In this document: piece after piece, positions 50,801-64,000 of the stretch
How the letters are laid out: each line of letters begins with the position of its first letter
How positions within the stretch are numbered: position 1 is the first letter of the stretch
Assembly (NCBI RefSeq): GCF_964355755.1
Contig: NC_092675.1
Coordinates: 20,928,912-20,992,911, forward strand
Source of the DNA: Antedon mediterranea
Lineage: Eukaryota > Animalia > Echinodermata
Length of the DNA stretch: 64,000 nt
Direction of reading: 5' to 3'
Made by a program: the position numbers and the translations under genes
Notes under the pieces: generated by a model
The model's input: only the letters and a program-made list of their open reading frames with translations
Database searches by the model: none
What the model was told of the DNA's origin: nothing

Positions 50801-53632
50801 ATCATTGTCTTACTTTTTTGGATTTGTTCTTTGACAGATACAAACAGTTGGTCGAGTGATTTCATTGCTTTTTGTGTTTTACGGTACTTTTTGGAGTTGA
50901 CTCCAAGTGGGGCTGGAACCTCTACGTCTTCCTCGGTACAGAGCGTCAATTCAGTGCAAAACGTTTGAGCATCCTGAGATAAGAAAAGTACATGGATCAA
51001 TTATACCTCAATAAGCACATGTTTTCCTCCATTATGAAGGAGACAGTCGAATACAACGACTTTTAGGTCAAATGATTTCGCTTTAGAATTTTGCATGCGC
51101 AATGACCAATATGTGCTATACTCTAAAGTTTGAAAAAGTTAAAAGATTGCTACTCTCTGCAGTCTTTATTGGTATGATAATAGATATGATAATAAATATT
51201 TCTTACGAGTGACTCGATCAATTTAATGATTTCTGGGGCATAATCTTTTACCAACTCTTTGCACTCTGCAGAGAAATTTCCAGGTAATTGAAGGTCACCA
51301 CATATGCCAGTCAACATTGATACAATCTGAAATTACAGAACAAATATGAATAAAACGTTAAAAGCAAAACCGAGACATTTTAACCGATACATTTTAAAAT
51401 ATAGTACAAATACTATCGAGATAAAGTGTAAGCCTAAAGATGGACCATACCCATACCCAACAATAATAAACGTTCAATATCAATACTTTTAACTACTTAA
51501 AAACATTGTAGTGACTCACAATCACAATGCGTGTATTGGTAAAGCGAGTAAAATCAGAGTTTATATAGATTTAACAGATATATCAGCATTTTGCTCAAGG
51601 CAATTATAATTAAACTTTGCATTACTTTCTGTATGGTTCAAATTACCACATGTTACATCGCTCAGCCAGGGAGTTGTAAACACCGGCTCAGCTATAAAGA
51701 TTTAAGCTAGAGCCAGCGGTGATTTTCAAGGTAACACTAATGTAGGGCCTAAAGCCAAAACAACAACAATAATAAAAGCAGACACTACATCTGTTATTTG
51801 TTGTTGGTGTATATGGTGTACCGCAAACCTTAAAACAGTACTAGTAGTCGTACAAAAAACAATTTCATAAATTAAATGGGTCTAACAATCATTTTCAACA
51901 ATGACAACAATGTGAACCAAAAGTCGGGGCTTTTAACAGAGTCACACGGAAATCTTAAACTACTGGTCTACGGAAGCCATGAAAATACTGAAGTAGACCC
52001 ATATTCCTATTTGGCTTATGTGACTTTAAAATTCATTACTGGCATTTTTTATAAATCACTAGTTAAATGCATGTAAACTATATCTGGTATAATTGAATCC
52101 TACGTTTGTGTAGCAAGTTTTAATATTATTTTTTTTTATTCAAGAGATTTGATTTTTGTTTTACTTCATCATTGATATTGTTCTGGATTTTGTATTTTTT
52201 TTTATTTTCTCTTTTCTTTCAATTTTTTTATAATGTAAATTTTGCTGTTTTGTTTGTATTACAATTTTGATATTGTTATGGATGCCACTGAATTCCAAAT
52301 AAATTATTATTACTGCCTATACAATTCCTTTCTGTCAATCTATTTGAATTGATTGACAATAGATGTGCTATTGTTATTTGACTAGGAAGTATACAGGAAA
52401 TTCTACGCAATACATTTTGAATGGGAAGGAAATATACTGGTACGTGATTATATTTGGTTGAAGATTTTAACGGATGTTAACTTTTTTCAACAAAGGAAGA
52501 TATCAGTGATTGTTACCTCCACTGCCGTAAACTGTTTTCTAGAATAAACATATCTTTGTTTAATGTTTTCTTAATGCAATTTGTTCCCATAGAGACGCAA
52601 CGCAAGGATAATGCAACGTAAGTGATTTGACCAATCATAATCGATGGATTATTCCAACAGCCGCTAGTCTCTAATCTCTAGTAGGACAAAACAAGGGAGT
52701 TAACCAATCACAATTGAAGTTCGGATGATCCACCTTTTCGTGATTGGTCAAATTACTTGTAGCGCGTCATTGCGTTCCGTCCAAGTGTAACCAAGCTTAC
52801 TGTAGGTTTATTAAAATACAAATAAAACAGTGTATCGAGTCTCACCTCATCTACGTCCAGACTCTTCAGTATTTCTTCGACTTCTGTGACCATTTCAGTG
52901 CACGTATCACAAAGAACACCATTTACGTGATTACGAATATTTGGTTTAAACATGTTTGGTCGTTGTCGAGGACTTTCTCCGAATACTGGTCGATCTCCGA
53001 TACCTGGTAGTTCTCCCATCTTTGGTAGTTTGCTGAAGTCTGGTCGTTTTCTCATTTGTGGTCGTTCGATTTCTGGTAGTTCTCCCATCTCTGGCCGTCC
53101 TCCCGTCTGTGGTCGTCCTCCCATCTGTGGCCGTTCTCCCATCTGTGGTCGTCCTCCCATCTGTGGCCGTCCTCCCATCTGCGGTCGTCCTCCCATCTGC
53201 GGTCGTCCTCCCATCTGTGGCCGTCCTCCCATTTGTGGCCGTCCTCCCATCTGTGGCCGTTCGATTTCTGGTAGTTCTACCTGCGGTCTTTCTCCCATCT
53301 GTGGTCGTTGTTTGATTTGCTGGCGTTTTCCGTATTGAGGTAGTTCTCCCATTTGTGGTCGCTCTTTCATTTGCGGTCTTTTGTGATATGGTTTATATGG
53401 TTTACGTGCATCCACTATGAAATAAAAAAATATGTTGTTAAACCAGACCTCTGTCAAAGACTGCTGTTTCATACAGTTACTTGTAGTGGAAGACAAGTCG
53501 CCCACACGCACTAGAGAAAGAATTTATTTTGCCAAACGACCATTTATTTAGAATACTTTGGAAAATGAAACATTCTACATTATTTGGTTAACAAATATTT
53601 AACTTGGTGAATGCATTTTATTTTCTTTTTCA

Positions 53633-53668
<36 letters not shown>

Positions 53669-55763
53669 TCAGTATATTACACAGAGGCGCCTTACAAGAT
53701 GGAACCATCTTAGCTTCAAGGCGCCTCAGATTAACAAATACAACATTTTAAAACAACTAACAGAAACATCAATTAAATCTTCCAGAATTAACAAGAAATT
53801 GTTGTACATAATAAAATAATAAAGCATTTTCACAATTCGAAAGAAGATCGGAACCAAAAATAAAAATTTCACTTAAATTAAAAATGTAAAATTAAATGTT
53901 AAAGAAAAATCCTTGGCTAAGATATCCTCAATAATTGAGTTAGCGCTTACAAGTAGAATATCTCTTTGTGTATTATAATTAGGGCAGTAACATAAGAAAT
54001 GAAGCGGATTCTCAACATTAAAGCCACAAGTACAATTTGGATTGTCCCGAAGTCCATGTAAGAATAAATGCGAATTGAGACAGCTGAAACCAAGTCGGAT
54101 TCTAGTGTGAATTTGGTTAATCTTCTTATCACCTGTATCATAATAAGAACGTTTTTTTGTTTCAAACAAATTGGATTTCAGTAGCAATTTTTTAAACTCA
54201 ACAAGAAATGAGGAATTTTTTATTTCATTATTTAACTCATTCCAATGTGTTATAATAGATGGGACAAAAGATAAACGATATGATGTGGTCTTACAAATTG
54301 GAATTATTATATTTCGGATGTTACGCAAGTTATAAACTTCAATATTGTCAGAAAAATTAAATAAGGAGTAAAGATACACTACACATGAGATTTTACTCCT
54401 GGTAAAAGTCAAATTGGCATCAGTACTTTTTTAGTCATCGATTAAATAGGTATGTGTTCACACCTATGAATAATATAGCATATCTGTTTAAAATACGGTG
54501 TCACTTTATTTGTTGACGTTGGAAACTGTATGTTTTCTAAACCACCTAAAAAAGCTTTTAAACATGTTTAAAGAAAGTTCTTTTAGAGAGCGTTTATTCG
54601 TCACGTCGTTTGCATGGGGTGATCGCGTGAGAGAAGATTTAAATTTGGAATTATATTATACACACTTTCATATACCCCACTGGGTGGACGGGTGAGATTT
54701 AAATAACATCCGATGGATCGTTTTGCGTTTGCGGGATGCAAGGTGACCTCTGTGACATCACGTCTTATTATATAATATGACGTTTAAATGACATTTAAGA
54801 CTCTATTCGCCATAGGACTTACTTGGTATCCGTAAGTATAACAAGTTAATGACGTAAATGTAATTATACGATTCACATAGAAACACATTGTAGACAGCAG
54901 ATGTTGAGTTTTTTTGCTGGCTATTATTACGGTAATAATAAAACAAATTCAAATCAATTTGTTTATCTTAAATCATCAACATATGTCTAAAGCTCTGTCT
55001 ACACTATCAAACTATTTTGACAAAAAAGTGTGATGTGACCAAATATGATAATGATATGCCTAATATATGGTAGTGATATGACATCATCGTGTCCATATAT
55101 GGGCACATCACATTGTTTTTGTCACATAAAGTTTGATAGTGTAGACAGAGCTTTATATTTGTCTATACTTCAATAAAATGGGTCACAAAGTTATTCTACA
55201 AAGTATACTTCGCCAGTGTCGAAACAAGCACGTTAAAATGGCATATTCAAGCTTGTGCTTCCTTATGTATATTATTTTTTGTTCAACATACGTCTGTAAC
55301 TCTAAAAGCATTTTATTTATGTTTAAACATTTTTTACATAAAAGTTTTGTTGAATAGAGCACCTGCATTTTCAACTTTGTTGCTGTGTAAAAATATTTTC
55401 AACTAAAAGTTCTAAACATTTTATAATGAAGGTTTCTACTAGCCTTTTACTTGTTCTAAAGCAAACGTTCCCCGTTAAAAATAGTTTAATTAAAACCAAA
55501 AAAATAAAGTATTAAAAGAAAATTTAATAAATGGAGTTACATATCTCTTACTTTTTATATTTAGATCTACAACACTAACTTATTGAAAAATTGTAGATAG
55601 AAGGCAGGGCTTACAATTATGTAATTGTAAGCATCTAAAACATAATACCTGCCAAAAATAATGTTCATTTAGTTAGATAATAATAACCCATCTGTTAAAA
55701 ACAAAGGAACATACCTTGAGATAGCACAGCCAAAGCTACACAAATAAGAATAAGTGACTTCAT
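47842..55763 (-). CDS. Secreted prosaposin-like protein with three SapB domains; exons 55763-55715, 53414-52846, 51326-51207, 50973-50814, 50607-50498, 50234-50112, 49744-49504, 49371-49247, 48740-48672, 48418-48344, 47955-47842; ~584 aa
   Basis: Signal peptide MKSLILICVALAVLSQVDA and three CxxC...C...C...C...C saposin sets (CDTC/CGDL/CKEL/CTELTLC; CDGC/CAYL/CDDY/CEAIGLC; CTLC/CARL/CTEE/CPIVVDGC). All introns are GT-AG and the phases are consistent (1755 nt). Confidence 0.88.
53040..53385 (-). repeat. Coding 18-bp minisatellite encoding (RPQMGG)n
   Basis: TCCCATCTGTGGCCGTCC-type units in exon 2 of the saposin gene. Confidence 0.9.
53638..54412 (-). mobile_element. CR1/L2-clade LINE 3' end with poly(A) in saposin intron 1
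   Basis: SFVPSIITHWNEL...RIRLGFSCLNSHL...CTCG..ENPLHFLCYCP; T-run at ~53638-53665 is the poly(A) tail on the minus strand. Confidence 0.75.
54991..55152. mobile_element. Harbinger-like MITE, full-length
   Basis: TIR AGCTCTGTCTACACTATCAAACT / AGTTTGATAGTGTAGACAGAGCT, TWA flanks. Confidence 0.85.
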
Positions 55764-58759
55764 CTTGTTTGGTGTTTCGAAGACGATCTCTCAGCGACGA
55801 ATGAAGAAATCACAGCGGCCTTCACCAAGATATGGCAAAAGTTACACGCTTCCTTCCCTTTGTTTTGCATACAAAGCGAACAATCGACCAATCAGAACAC
55901 TTTCTGGGCGGAAATTCGCTATCGGCAACCATTCTGGGTTTTGTTTGGATAAACAGCTTTTATGATGGAAAATTGATTCAGCCGTGAAGACAAGAATTAA
56001 TTGCTATTTGAAACTTTTGATTAATAAGTAATCTTCCAGAGTAAACATTAATGGAAAACAGACGTTTATTCAACCGTGATTGAAAGGTACCAAGGTGATA
56101 TCATGACAGTTTTTAAAGTACGACATCGCCAACTGTGAACACTTTTTACAAACAAACTTTATAACAAACATAATAACTTATTAAAAACAATTTGAAATCG
56201 GCAAGAGAGGGGATAATTATATACATGTATTTTTAATATTAGAACTACAGTACTAGAAAGTAGTAGACCAGTTTCATTTAGGCTGAAATTGGTTTTGAAA
56301 ATTACAGGTCACGGTAATTATTTTCATATACAGTACTTTAGTAGCAAAATGAAGTCACATAAAAAGCCAGCTGTGGTGGAACAAACTTCGTTTTACGTGT
56401 TTTGCAGTTACGGAAGATGTTGTTGTTTTAACCACGAAGGTATACCTCCATGTTTTAACAGGATATATTGAAAGTTGAAATATTATTTTCAAAGTTATTC
56501 ACAATATTATTATTTAATCTATATAGAAAGTGTCTGTTTTGTAACTAAATCTTATTTCATCGTCCATTTTCAATTATGCCTATAATTGGACATATAATAT
56601 AAGAAGAAATAAATACTTTTAGACTGACCAATGATTTATAATGTCACAGATGTTAATTATATAGAAATTATTATTTTATTATTAGTCACACAAAATGTTA
56701 TTGAACTTAGATTGTGGTCAGAAGCCCCTCAGAAACATTTGACTAAACTTCCCATGGTTTAATCACGGATGATGATTATAGTTTAACCATTTCAAAAACC
56801 GAGTGGTCACACGTCCTGCTCTAAAAGCAACCGTCGGCTTACTAAGGTTAGGTTATTGGTTGTTATGGTGGGGTGGGTGAAAAAGCTACAGGCGCATTGC
56901 TAAACATAGTATATTATTATATAGGATAATGTGTGAAACAATTGGACTGGGTTACCCACCTGTTTAACTATTGCCTAGATACTATATACCGGTACCTACC
57001 GGTAGTCCATCCCAGCGGAAAAAATAAGTTATAGGCCTATTTTTAGGATAAATATAATTTTTTTCTAGTTCTTCATTTAGTTTTAGTTCATGATCAGCGA
57101 AAGTGCAATCAAGGCAGAAATTAATTATAGGTAGCTATGTTTATTGCTGTACTTTTAGGCCTAAATAGAATATACCATGGATGCCTACATTTCAATTATA
57201 CGACTTTTGTACGTCTTGGTTTGTCTTGTTTGTTTTTCGTATCCCGGATGTACCTTTCACCTACCATTTAAAAAACTTGACGAATCTGAATATAATACCA
57301 TCTGGAGTGCTACACAGTAATCGGTGCTAAAGATATCATTCCACCAAGGTTATGAAGGGTTAACTCATGTGCTGTATTACCCACTCAACAGTATAACCCA
57401 AAACGAATTTCATTTATTAATTAATTAAATGAAATTATTGTTTACAAAACCTCTCAAAATATGTTTCGTTTTTGGGTTTAAAGGCATGGACCACAGCACA
57501 TTATGATGAGTTTTAAAACACCCTTGCCTCAAGCCAAAGATAATTCAATAACAACAAAAAATCCAAAACAAAGCAGACACAGGATTGGAGATAAAACATT
57601 TAAAAAATGCAACCCGCATATAAAAAGTAATTAAAGGGGAGGAGGAGGGGCGGTTAAGTTGATAACAGGGCATTTTTTTCATGTGAATAGTAAATTATAG
57701 TGTTCAAAAATTGAAAAAAACTTAATCACATCAAATGTAACAAAAGGAAACAATGAATTTTGTCAAATCTTATACTGGCAGCATTAAACTTTCGTAGTCT
57801 GATCGCAGTACCAATATGAATAGCGGCCCTCACACTCTCCATTTGGGAGAAAAAAATATCAGGGGGCTAGAAGTTGGCGTTGCGTTGGCGTAAACTGGAC
57901 AATGAGGCTTACCTGTTATTTTAAAGGCAAAACGGATGCCAAACAATTGCACTGAATAAGCTATTTAACTGAATAATCGCCTACAAACAACATTAAACGG
58001 AACTACGGTGACCATTGCTCACTTCACAAATCAAATTTTTTAGTCACGTATTTATTTTTAAGGATTTATAGAGGCTGTAATTAATAAAGCCAGTGAAACC
58101 AACATTAACATATATATTTTCATGCATTAAAACACACAAATATTCTATGAATTCTTGAGGCTGATAATTTACAGTTTTTCCAGAATTGTGAAAAGCAAAA
58201 ACTGAATATTAAAATGTATATATAAATATTTATTGTTTGATTCCAAAATGTATTTTAAGTGGAGAAAGGCACTATATGTAAACAAATAAGTATTGGTCCT
58301 CTCTCCATGACGGTTGTCGCATAATGCTTTGTATTTTTTTTATTGTATGTATATATTTCATGGTTTGTCTGAAATAAAGTTGAATTAAAAAACAAATTAT
58401 GTAGGGCGTTTTGCCACCAATAGAAATTAACATGAGTGAGAAAAGGTTTCCCACTCACTCGTCATAGAATGAGACAAAACCACGATTTTGTATAATTTTT
58501 CTTACATTGTATAGGCCTATACATGTTTGATTATCTTTTTTTCATACAACAATAGGAAATCATATTCAAGAGAGGCTGTACCCAGAAAGGCGGAGAGAGG
58601 GAACCATTGCGAAAACTCTCCCAAGTGTGTCTACCAATTCAAATGTGTTTGAACTTCAAATGCCTAATTTTCCAGACCTAATGTCAAAAACGTGATAAAC
58701 TGTTTTAGTTACTAAAATCACTTATTTATACCTCGCTACCAACATGAAGAATTTACTCC

Positions 58760-59451
58760 ATGCTAGGATGTAGGCGTACAGGTTCACATGCACTTCATCG
58801 CACAACACGGACACAACGCCTCGTTTCCTATAGTATATACTATTGGGACAGAACAAGTGGAGATGGTAATTGGTAGGTCTACTACTTCCGAGATGTTGCT
58901 AATACGAACAGCCTTGTACACAATTTCCTCTGAGTCCATAAGATATATTTTACATTGGTTATGTAATCTGTGGATTTTTTTTCCAACAGGATACCCGGCA
59001 CGGTATTGGAACTTGTCCATCATGGAATCATTGTACTGTATTACAAAAAAGGCATAACAATCCATAAACACAAAAGTTCTCCACTAAATTCAATACATTT
59101 CAGCATAAGTGTAGTGAAATCAAAAGAGACTACACTTGTCATGCCGAAATTTACTGAATTTCTCTGGCCAGTAATCTATAACCATAGAGATATTATAGTT
59201 CACTATAATATCTCTATGCTATAACCCACTGTGTGTGCGTGGCTGCATTCGGCGTTGTGTCCCATCAGGATACGACAGAATCGACTGGAATTTTGACAAA
59301 CATTGTCACTATTTAGTGTATAAATAAAGTCAATGCTTGGCAAAAACCACGAGCTTGATACAACTACCAGTAGTATTACCTTGGTAGCATAATTGTATTC
59401 AAAGACAAAATGTGTTAGTAGGCTGTCTCTTTTATTCATTCAAAACGAGAC
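58760..59451 (-). pseudogene. Possible decayed coding exon of unknown identity
   Basis: Splice acceptor at 59452-59453, higher GC, broken ORFs 59439-59203 and 59071-58784 (ending CPCCAMKC), interrupted by a hairpin insertion. Not identifiable by eye. Confidence 0.25.
59183..59218. mobile_element. Putative P-element excision footprint (17+2+17 hairpin, 7-bp TSD)
   Basis: CTATAAC|CATAGAGATATTATAGT-TC-ACTATAATATCTCTATG|CTATAAC. Confidence 0.65.
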
Positions 59452-59529
59452 CTACATAAAATCATCACGATAACAAAATGAAATACAAAATACCTAGACG
59501 TTAAAAAATGACAGTGTAATCGGTGTTAA

Positions 59530-60121
59530 AGGCCAGGTGCGGGCAAAAAATTTCTATTGATCATACATTCCAATAATTATCGATCTATAGTTTCCCCTAT
59601 GTTTCATAATTTTTGGGATTTTATTTGTGTTACACGAGCTTGTTGGAAATAAGCACTTTCTTATCAGTGGGGGGGATTGTTCAAATTACACAGTAAAATC
59701 TCTATTCTTTTGTACACAAATTTTGTAAATAGCGAGGCATTTTAAAAAGCTATGAAAAATAAATGGTGTGGTAAAAATTTTTATCAGATGACTAAATATA
59801 GGTAATATAACTTGAATATTACATTTCTGATATTTTTATTCAACTTCAGATTTTTATTTTCATGCTATAGCAAAAATTATCCACCGTATATCCATCTTTT
59901 TTCACCGTCTAGGGAGTCACCCGACATGTTATTACATTAGGTTAACTACCTAACTACTGAAAAAAAGTCTTCCTGGTTTTTATGGAAGAATTTTGCCAAA
60001 TTTTGTATTTGAGCATATTAAGGGAAATTCCTGTTTTTTCGTCTCGATTTCTGTTACAAGTATTTGATTTATGTACAATTAACCAAATATTATATTTAAA
60101 ATTCATGCCTGTACCTGAGCT
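59530..60121. mobile_element. Non-autonomous Kolobok-type element, copy 2
   Basis: TTAA TSD, same TIRs and body as 14067-14649. Confidence 0.8.
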
Positions 60122-60489
60122 TTAAATATTCAAACGGCACCGTTTCAAGTACGGGGCGCCGTTCGGGACATTTTGTCGACAAAATAAAATAATGCGACAC
60201 ATAATTGACAAAATGAGTAATGTCCCGAAATTGTTAAATAATGGACAATAATCATTTGGAGTAGTAATAACTACTTCTGTACTTTCAAACAACTTACAGC
60301 ACTGTGTGAATGTTCACTTCTCAGTATTCATGGAAATGTTCTAAAAATGTTTACGTCATACCGTGTTTTATTCATTTATTTCTCAAATGTTATTCAGTAT
60401 AGTAAATATTTAAAGCAAGTCATATATTTTAGTTATTTGTATATTTACTTTTGTGCATTTATATATTCTATGGTTACCGTTATGTGTAT

Positions 60490-60589
60490 TTTAAGGGGGG
60501 GGGGGGGGATGTGGATAGAGGTGCTCTTTGTCACCTGTTATGTATATGTTAAGGGGGGATGTGGATAGAGGTGCTCTTTGTCACCTGTT
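60490..60589. repeat. Short tandem duplication (GGGGGATGTGGATAGAGGTGCTCTTTGTCACCTGTT x2)
   Basis: Direct repeat visible. Confidence 0.85.
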
Positions 60590-62686
60590 CATCCCTTTTC
60601 GCTGCCTTTTAAAAAAAAAAAATCAATTAAAAAAAGTTGATTTTTTTCATCGGGACTTTTGCTGAGCCTGAAATCGTTATTATATACTGTATATGACGAA
60701 AAAACCAAAACACTCGTGTCTTGTTTTCTTTTCAAGTGATTTTACGATTAAAACAAGCAAATTATAAATAAACTAAATAGCTGTAGGCCTAGGTCTATCG
60801 GTTTGGCTGTAAATTTAACTCTTTGAAACCTGGGGGCAATATTGCTATCACCGTATAATCAATCAAACTATACTAAATATAGTGTTAGATAGATTTCATA
60901 TGGGAACATTTTGTAAAGAGGTTGAAGAAACTAAAATCAGGACAAAGGGATGACAGAAATAATCTTAATTTTACAGATGTTTTGTATTCCTTGTGGCATT
61001 TAAATACAGTAGGTGTACTCATAGAACAACTTTTTTTTAATGAATGGTCATTAAATATACTTCTAGGCTATAGGCCTAACTTTCAGTTACTATATTTAGT
61101 TAGTTATTATATTACTCATTTTTTAATAGACTAAGTATAGCTTTAATAACCTTCATTTATCACAAATCATTCCAACATTATTATTTTTCCACCGCAAGTT
61201 CAACAAAACCTTAAATACAAGCTATTCTAAAATCACTAAACAATATTTATGCATAATACCATTGCAAAATTTAAATAAAATAAACTTCAAAATAACCCCC
61301 AGTATTAGTAATTCTAATCCTACAAAACTGTTAATCTACCTGGTAAAATGTGATGTGCCCATATATGGAAATGATGATGTCATATCACTACCAAATTTGG
61401 GTATATCACTACCATTTTGGACACATCACACTTTTTTTTGTCCAACTAGTTTGATAGCTAAACTTTTCTCTATAGTTGGATTGGCACCACCAGTGGGCGT
61501 TTTCAAAACTAGGTCATTCTAGCAAAAAAATAGGTGTACCAAAATGTTTTTAGCTAAAAATAATTTGACCAATCATGATCCGATGCATAACCGGAATTGT
61601 CGCTTGTTTGATTGGTCAACTTGCCTTGCTGCGATATTGGAAACCAAGACTACATAGAACTATGTAAAACAAATAATATAAAATCAAGACTTTATGTTAA
61701 CCTCATAATTGTATCAAGCAAAGCTTGGAAAGTTCAATTCGATTTGTTGTATGAAAAATAAATGCCTCTGTTGGGATTCGATCCTGTCACCTTTCACTTA
61801 CATACCTTTTAGACCACAGACATTCTAATAAGTCTAAAAGTTAAGCAGTACCAAAAAAAAAATGGTTTTCCACTTTAAAATTTAAAAAAATCAAGCAAAA
61901 ATATACATACAAATCGGTGACTAACGTAAATTTTTTAAATGCAGACCAACAGAAATTCTTTCTTTGTCACACAACATCTGTTTTGGAACTACAGACACGA
62001 TTGTAATGCAAGGAAACTTCATAAAAAATAATCAGGCAGGTATTATTAATATTAAAAAGAAATTTAAAAAATGTAAATGAAATACAGTACTGTAATTGCA
62101 TTCGTGAAAAGCATGGCATACATTTGATGTAAACAAAATGGAAACATCAAAATGATAATACTATTTTATACATCTTTCTTTCTTGTTGTTTTTAAAACAT
62201 TAAACATTAAAAAAATCATTAAATTTGGGCTGTTGGTCTCAAGTTGGGCTGTTTTGTTTCTTCCATTGGTTTACGCAAAGGATTATAATGTTTTAGGTAT
62301 CAAAACTTAAAATATAAGTACAATGGTTGGTGTGAGGAATTGTATTGAAGAGCCACACACAGATTGTTTACTGCTGTAAAATCAGAAATAATTGAATAAG
62401 AGATATGGGTGGATGCAGGGATGGAATGGGCGGGGGTTAGGAAAGGGAAAGCAGGGTCCAAACCCACCCCTTTCCTTTACATTACATAACCTTTTCTTTG
62501 ACTTGATAGAAAAAAAATATTAAAATTATCACAATAAAACTTACAGTACATCAATTACATTTTCATTCAACACATTTTCATGACCAATCCAATACCAATT
62601 TTTATCAAATTACATATACTGTACTTAAAAAATCAATGATTATAGAAAATTATAAAAATGCTGTTCTCACATCAATTTGGTATCAT

Positions 62687-63104
62687 TCACTTTTGGTCTT
62701 TTTTATTTGAAACCTGAAAGAATAAATGTACAACATATGTTACCAGTGAATGTCAAGAAAACTGGCATTTATCAATCTTTCAAAGATAGCTAATCAGTGC
62801 CCAAGTTCCGGACTGAAAATGTCTGGTTTTGTGTAGGCCTACTCCAGCTGAATTTCTTACCCCTTTGTCATAATACCCAGTAAGTTCAATTGATACAAAT
62901 TAGATAATAAAACTTCTTGATAAAGAACACACTTTGCAGTATATGATAAAAAACGACAGCTTGAAGTTAAAGTTTTCTTACCTTAGAGCCTGTAGCAACG
63001 CTGTCAACAAACATACTAGGAATGTCGTTTCCAAAGTAGATCTTGTTAGTTGATGCTATCGATTGGTATCTGATCAATTCAAGGTACTCTGGTGTTAGTT
63101 TAAG
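62687..63104 (-). CDS. ERLIN: Erlin (SPFH-domain ER lipid raft protein), last two coding exons 63104-62982 and 62713-62687; rest outside the window
   Basis: [32 protein letters not shown] closely matches the erlin-1/2 C-terminus; last exon VSNKKDQK*. Confidence 0.88.
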
Positions 63105-63272
63105 CTGAAAACAAAACATAGACAAATATTCTTTTAACACCATTTATAACATATATTTTATTCTAATCTGTTTATATACAGTTTATATTTATTAAAAAAT
63201 ATAAAATATACTACAAGATGAAGGTGTACTAATTAATTTTTTGTTGTTGTATGCATACACTTGAGAACTAGT

Positions 63273-63455
63273 CAGTGGCGTAACATAGAGACCTGAGGCC
63301 CCAAGGTATCCTAAGTTTCTCAGGCGTTTTTTGAGCTTTTTCCAACATATTTCAATGCCTATTTTTTCCTCTGGGCACTGCTCACAGGCCCCAATAAGCT
63401 CAGGGGCCCCTGGGTTTAGACAGTGAGCGCTCATATAACTAGAACGGGGCCACTG
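63273..63455. mobile_element. hAT-like MITE in an erlin intron
   Basis: CAGTGGC...GCCACTG termini; 8-bp TSD GAACTAGT/TAACTAGT. Confidence 0.7.
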
Positions 63456-64000
63456 TAACTAGTGTTGTACCACGTACCACACATATGGTGTTAAAGAGTT
63501 GCTTTGAACCATTGTGAAAAGCACAGTTGTCCAATGATAGGATATCAAGCAGAAGATTCCGGGTTTGAATCTTGGTTGAGGTAGCTTTTTCTCATACTCA
63601 CAAACTTCCTAATATTACCATTTAAAAGTAATTTAAAGACTGAGCAGTTTAGAGCTTCTTTATGCTGGTCAATTAAAAGACATATATTTATAAATTATTC
63701 TTGGTTGGATAATCCATTTTATAAAAGGATTTTCTAACCAATTATTGAATTATCTCTCATTGGCATCAGCAAAAAACAGAAATGCAATTTATATAACCTG
63801 CATATGAACTTTCTTTGAACCTATCACAGTACTGGGTATGGAATGCAGTGATATACTATCAATATTTTACTTAAAGTTACACAATAAAGGTCACCAATAA
63901 TGATAGTGTACAATTACTTTCATATCAGTAACTTAAAAATGTTTTTAAAAAAGTTTTTGAAAACATCTGTTGAACACTTTGGATTACCACATTCGAATAT

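Noticed and set aside
52952-53338. Plus-strand ICGRPP / VVLPS repeat ORFs
   Set aside because: Antisense shadows of the RPQMGG coding repeat.
63192-63434. 80-aa ORF as an erlin exon
   Set aside because: Largely overlaps a hAT-like MITE and shows no erlin similarity.

Overview
AT-rich eukaryotic (invertebrate animal, plausibly echinoderm) genomic window with four spliced protein genes. (1) The 3' part of an IRF1/2-like interferon regulatory factor (+, 4553-11055; 5' exons lie outside the window). (2) A complete 14-exon DDX21/DDX50-like nucleolar DEVD-box helicase (-, 38256-19904, ~691 aa). (3) A complete 11-exon secreted protein with three saposin-B domains and RPQMGG repeats (-, 55763-47842, ~584 aa). 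(4) The last two exons of an erlin (-, 63104-62687). The DDX21 locus is the most unusual part. Five of its introns each carry one copy of the same ~142-nt H/ACA snoRNA, whose pockets match 18S rRNA (SNORA57/U99-like). One copy arrived with a duplicated splice acceptor that would create a premature stop. Intron 1 holds an intact, same-strand DD35D pogo/Fot1-like transposase with no evident TIRs, preceded by an in-frame splice acceptor buried in a perfect 29-bp palindrome (possible exon-trap fusion). The window also has many transposon remnants: a 6.9-kb EnSpm-like element with tandem arrays and nested MULE/Harbinger MITEs, Kolobok-type and hAT MITEs, SINEs, LINE fragments and a Penelope-like hammerhead remnant. 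Several 31-36-bp CAT..ATG hairpins, two with exact 7-bp TSDs, look like P-element excision footprints. All calls were made by eye, without database searches.
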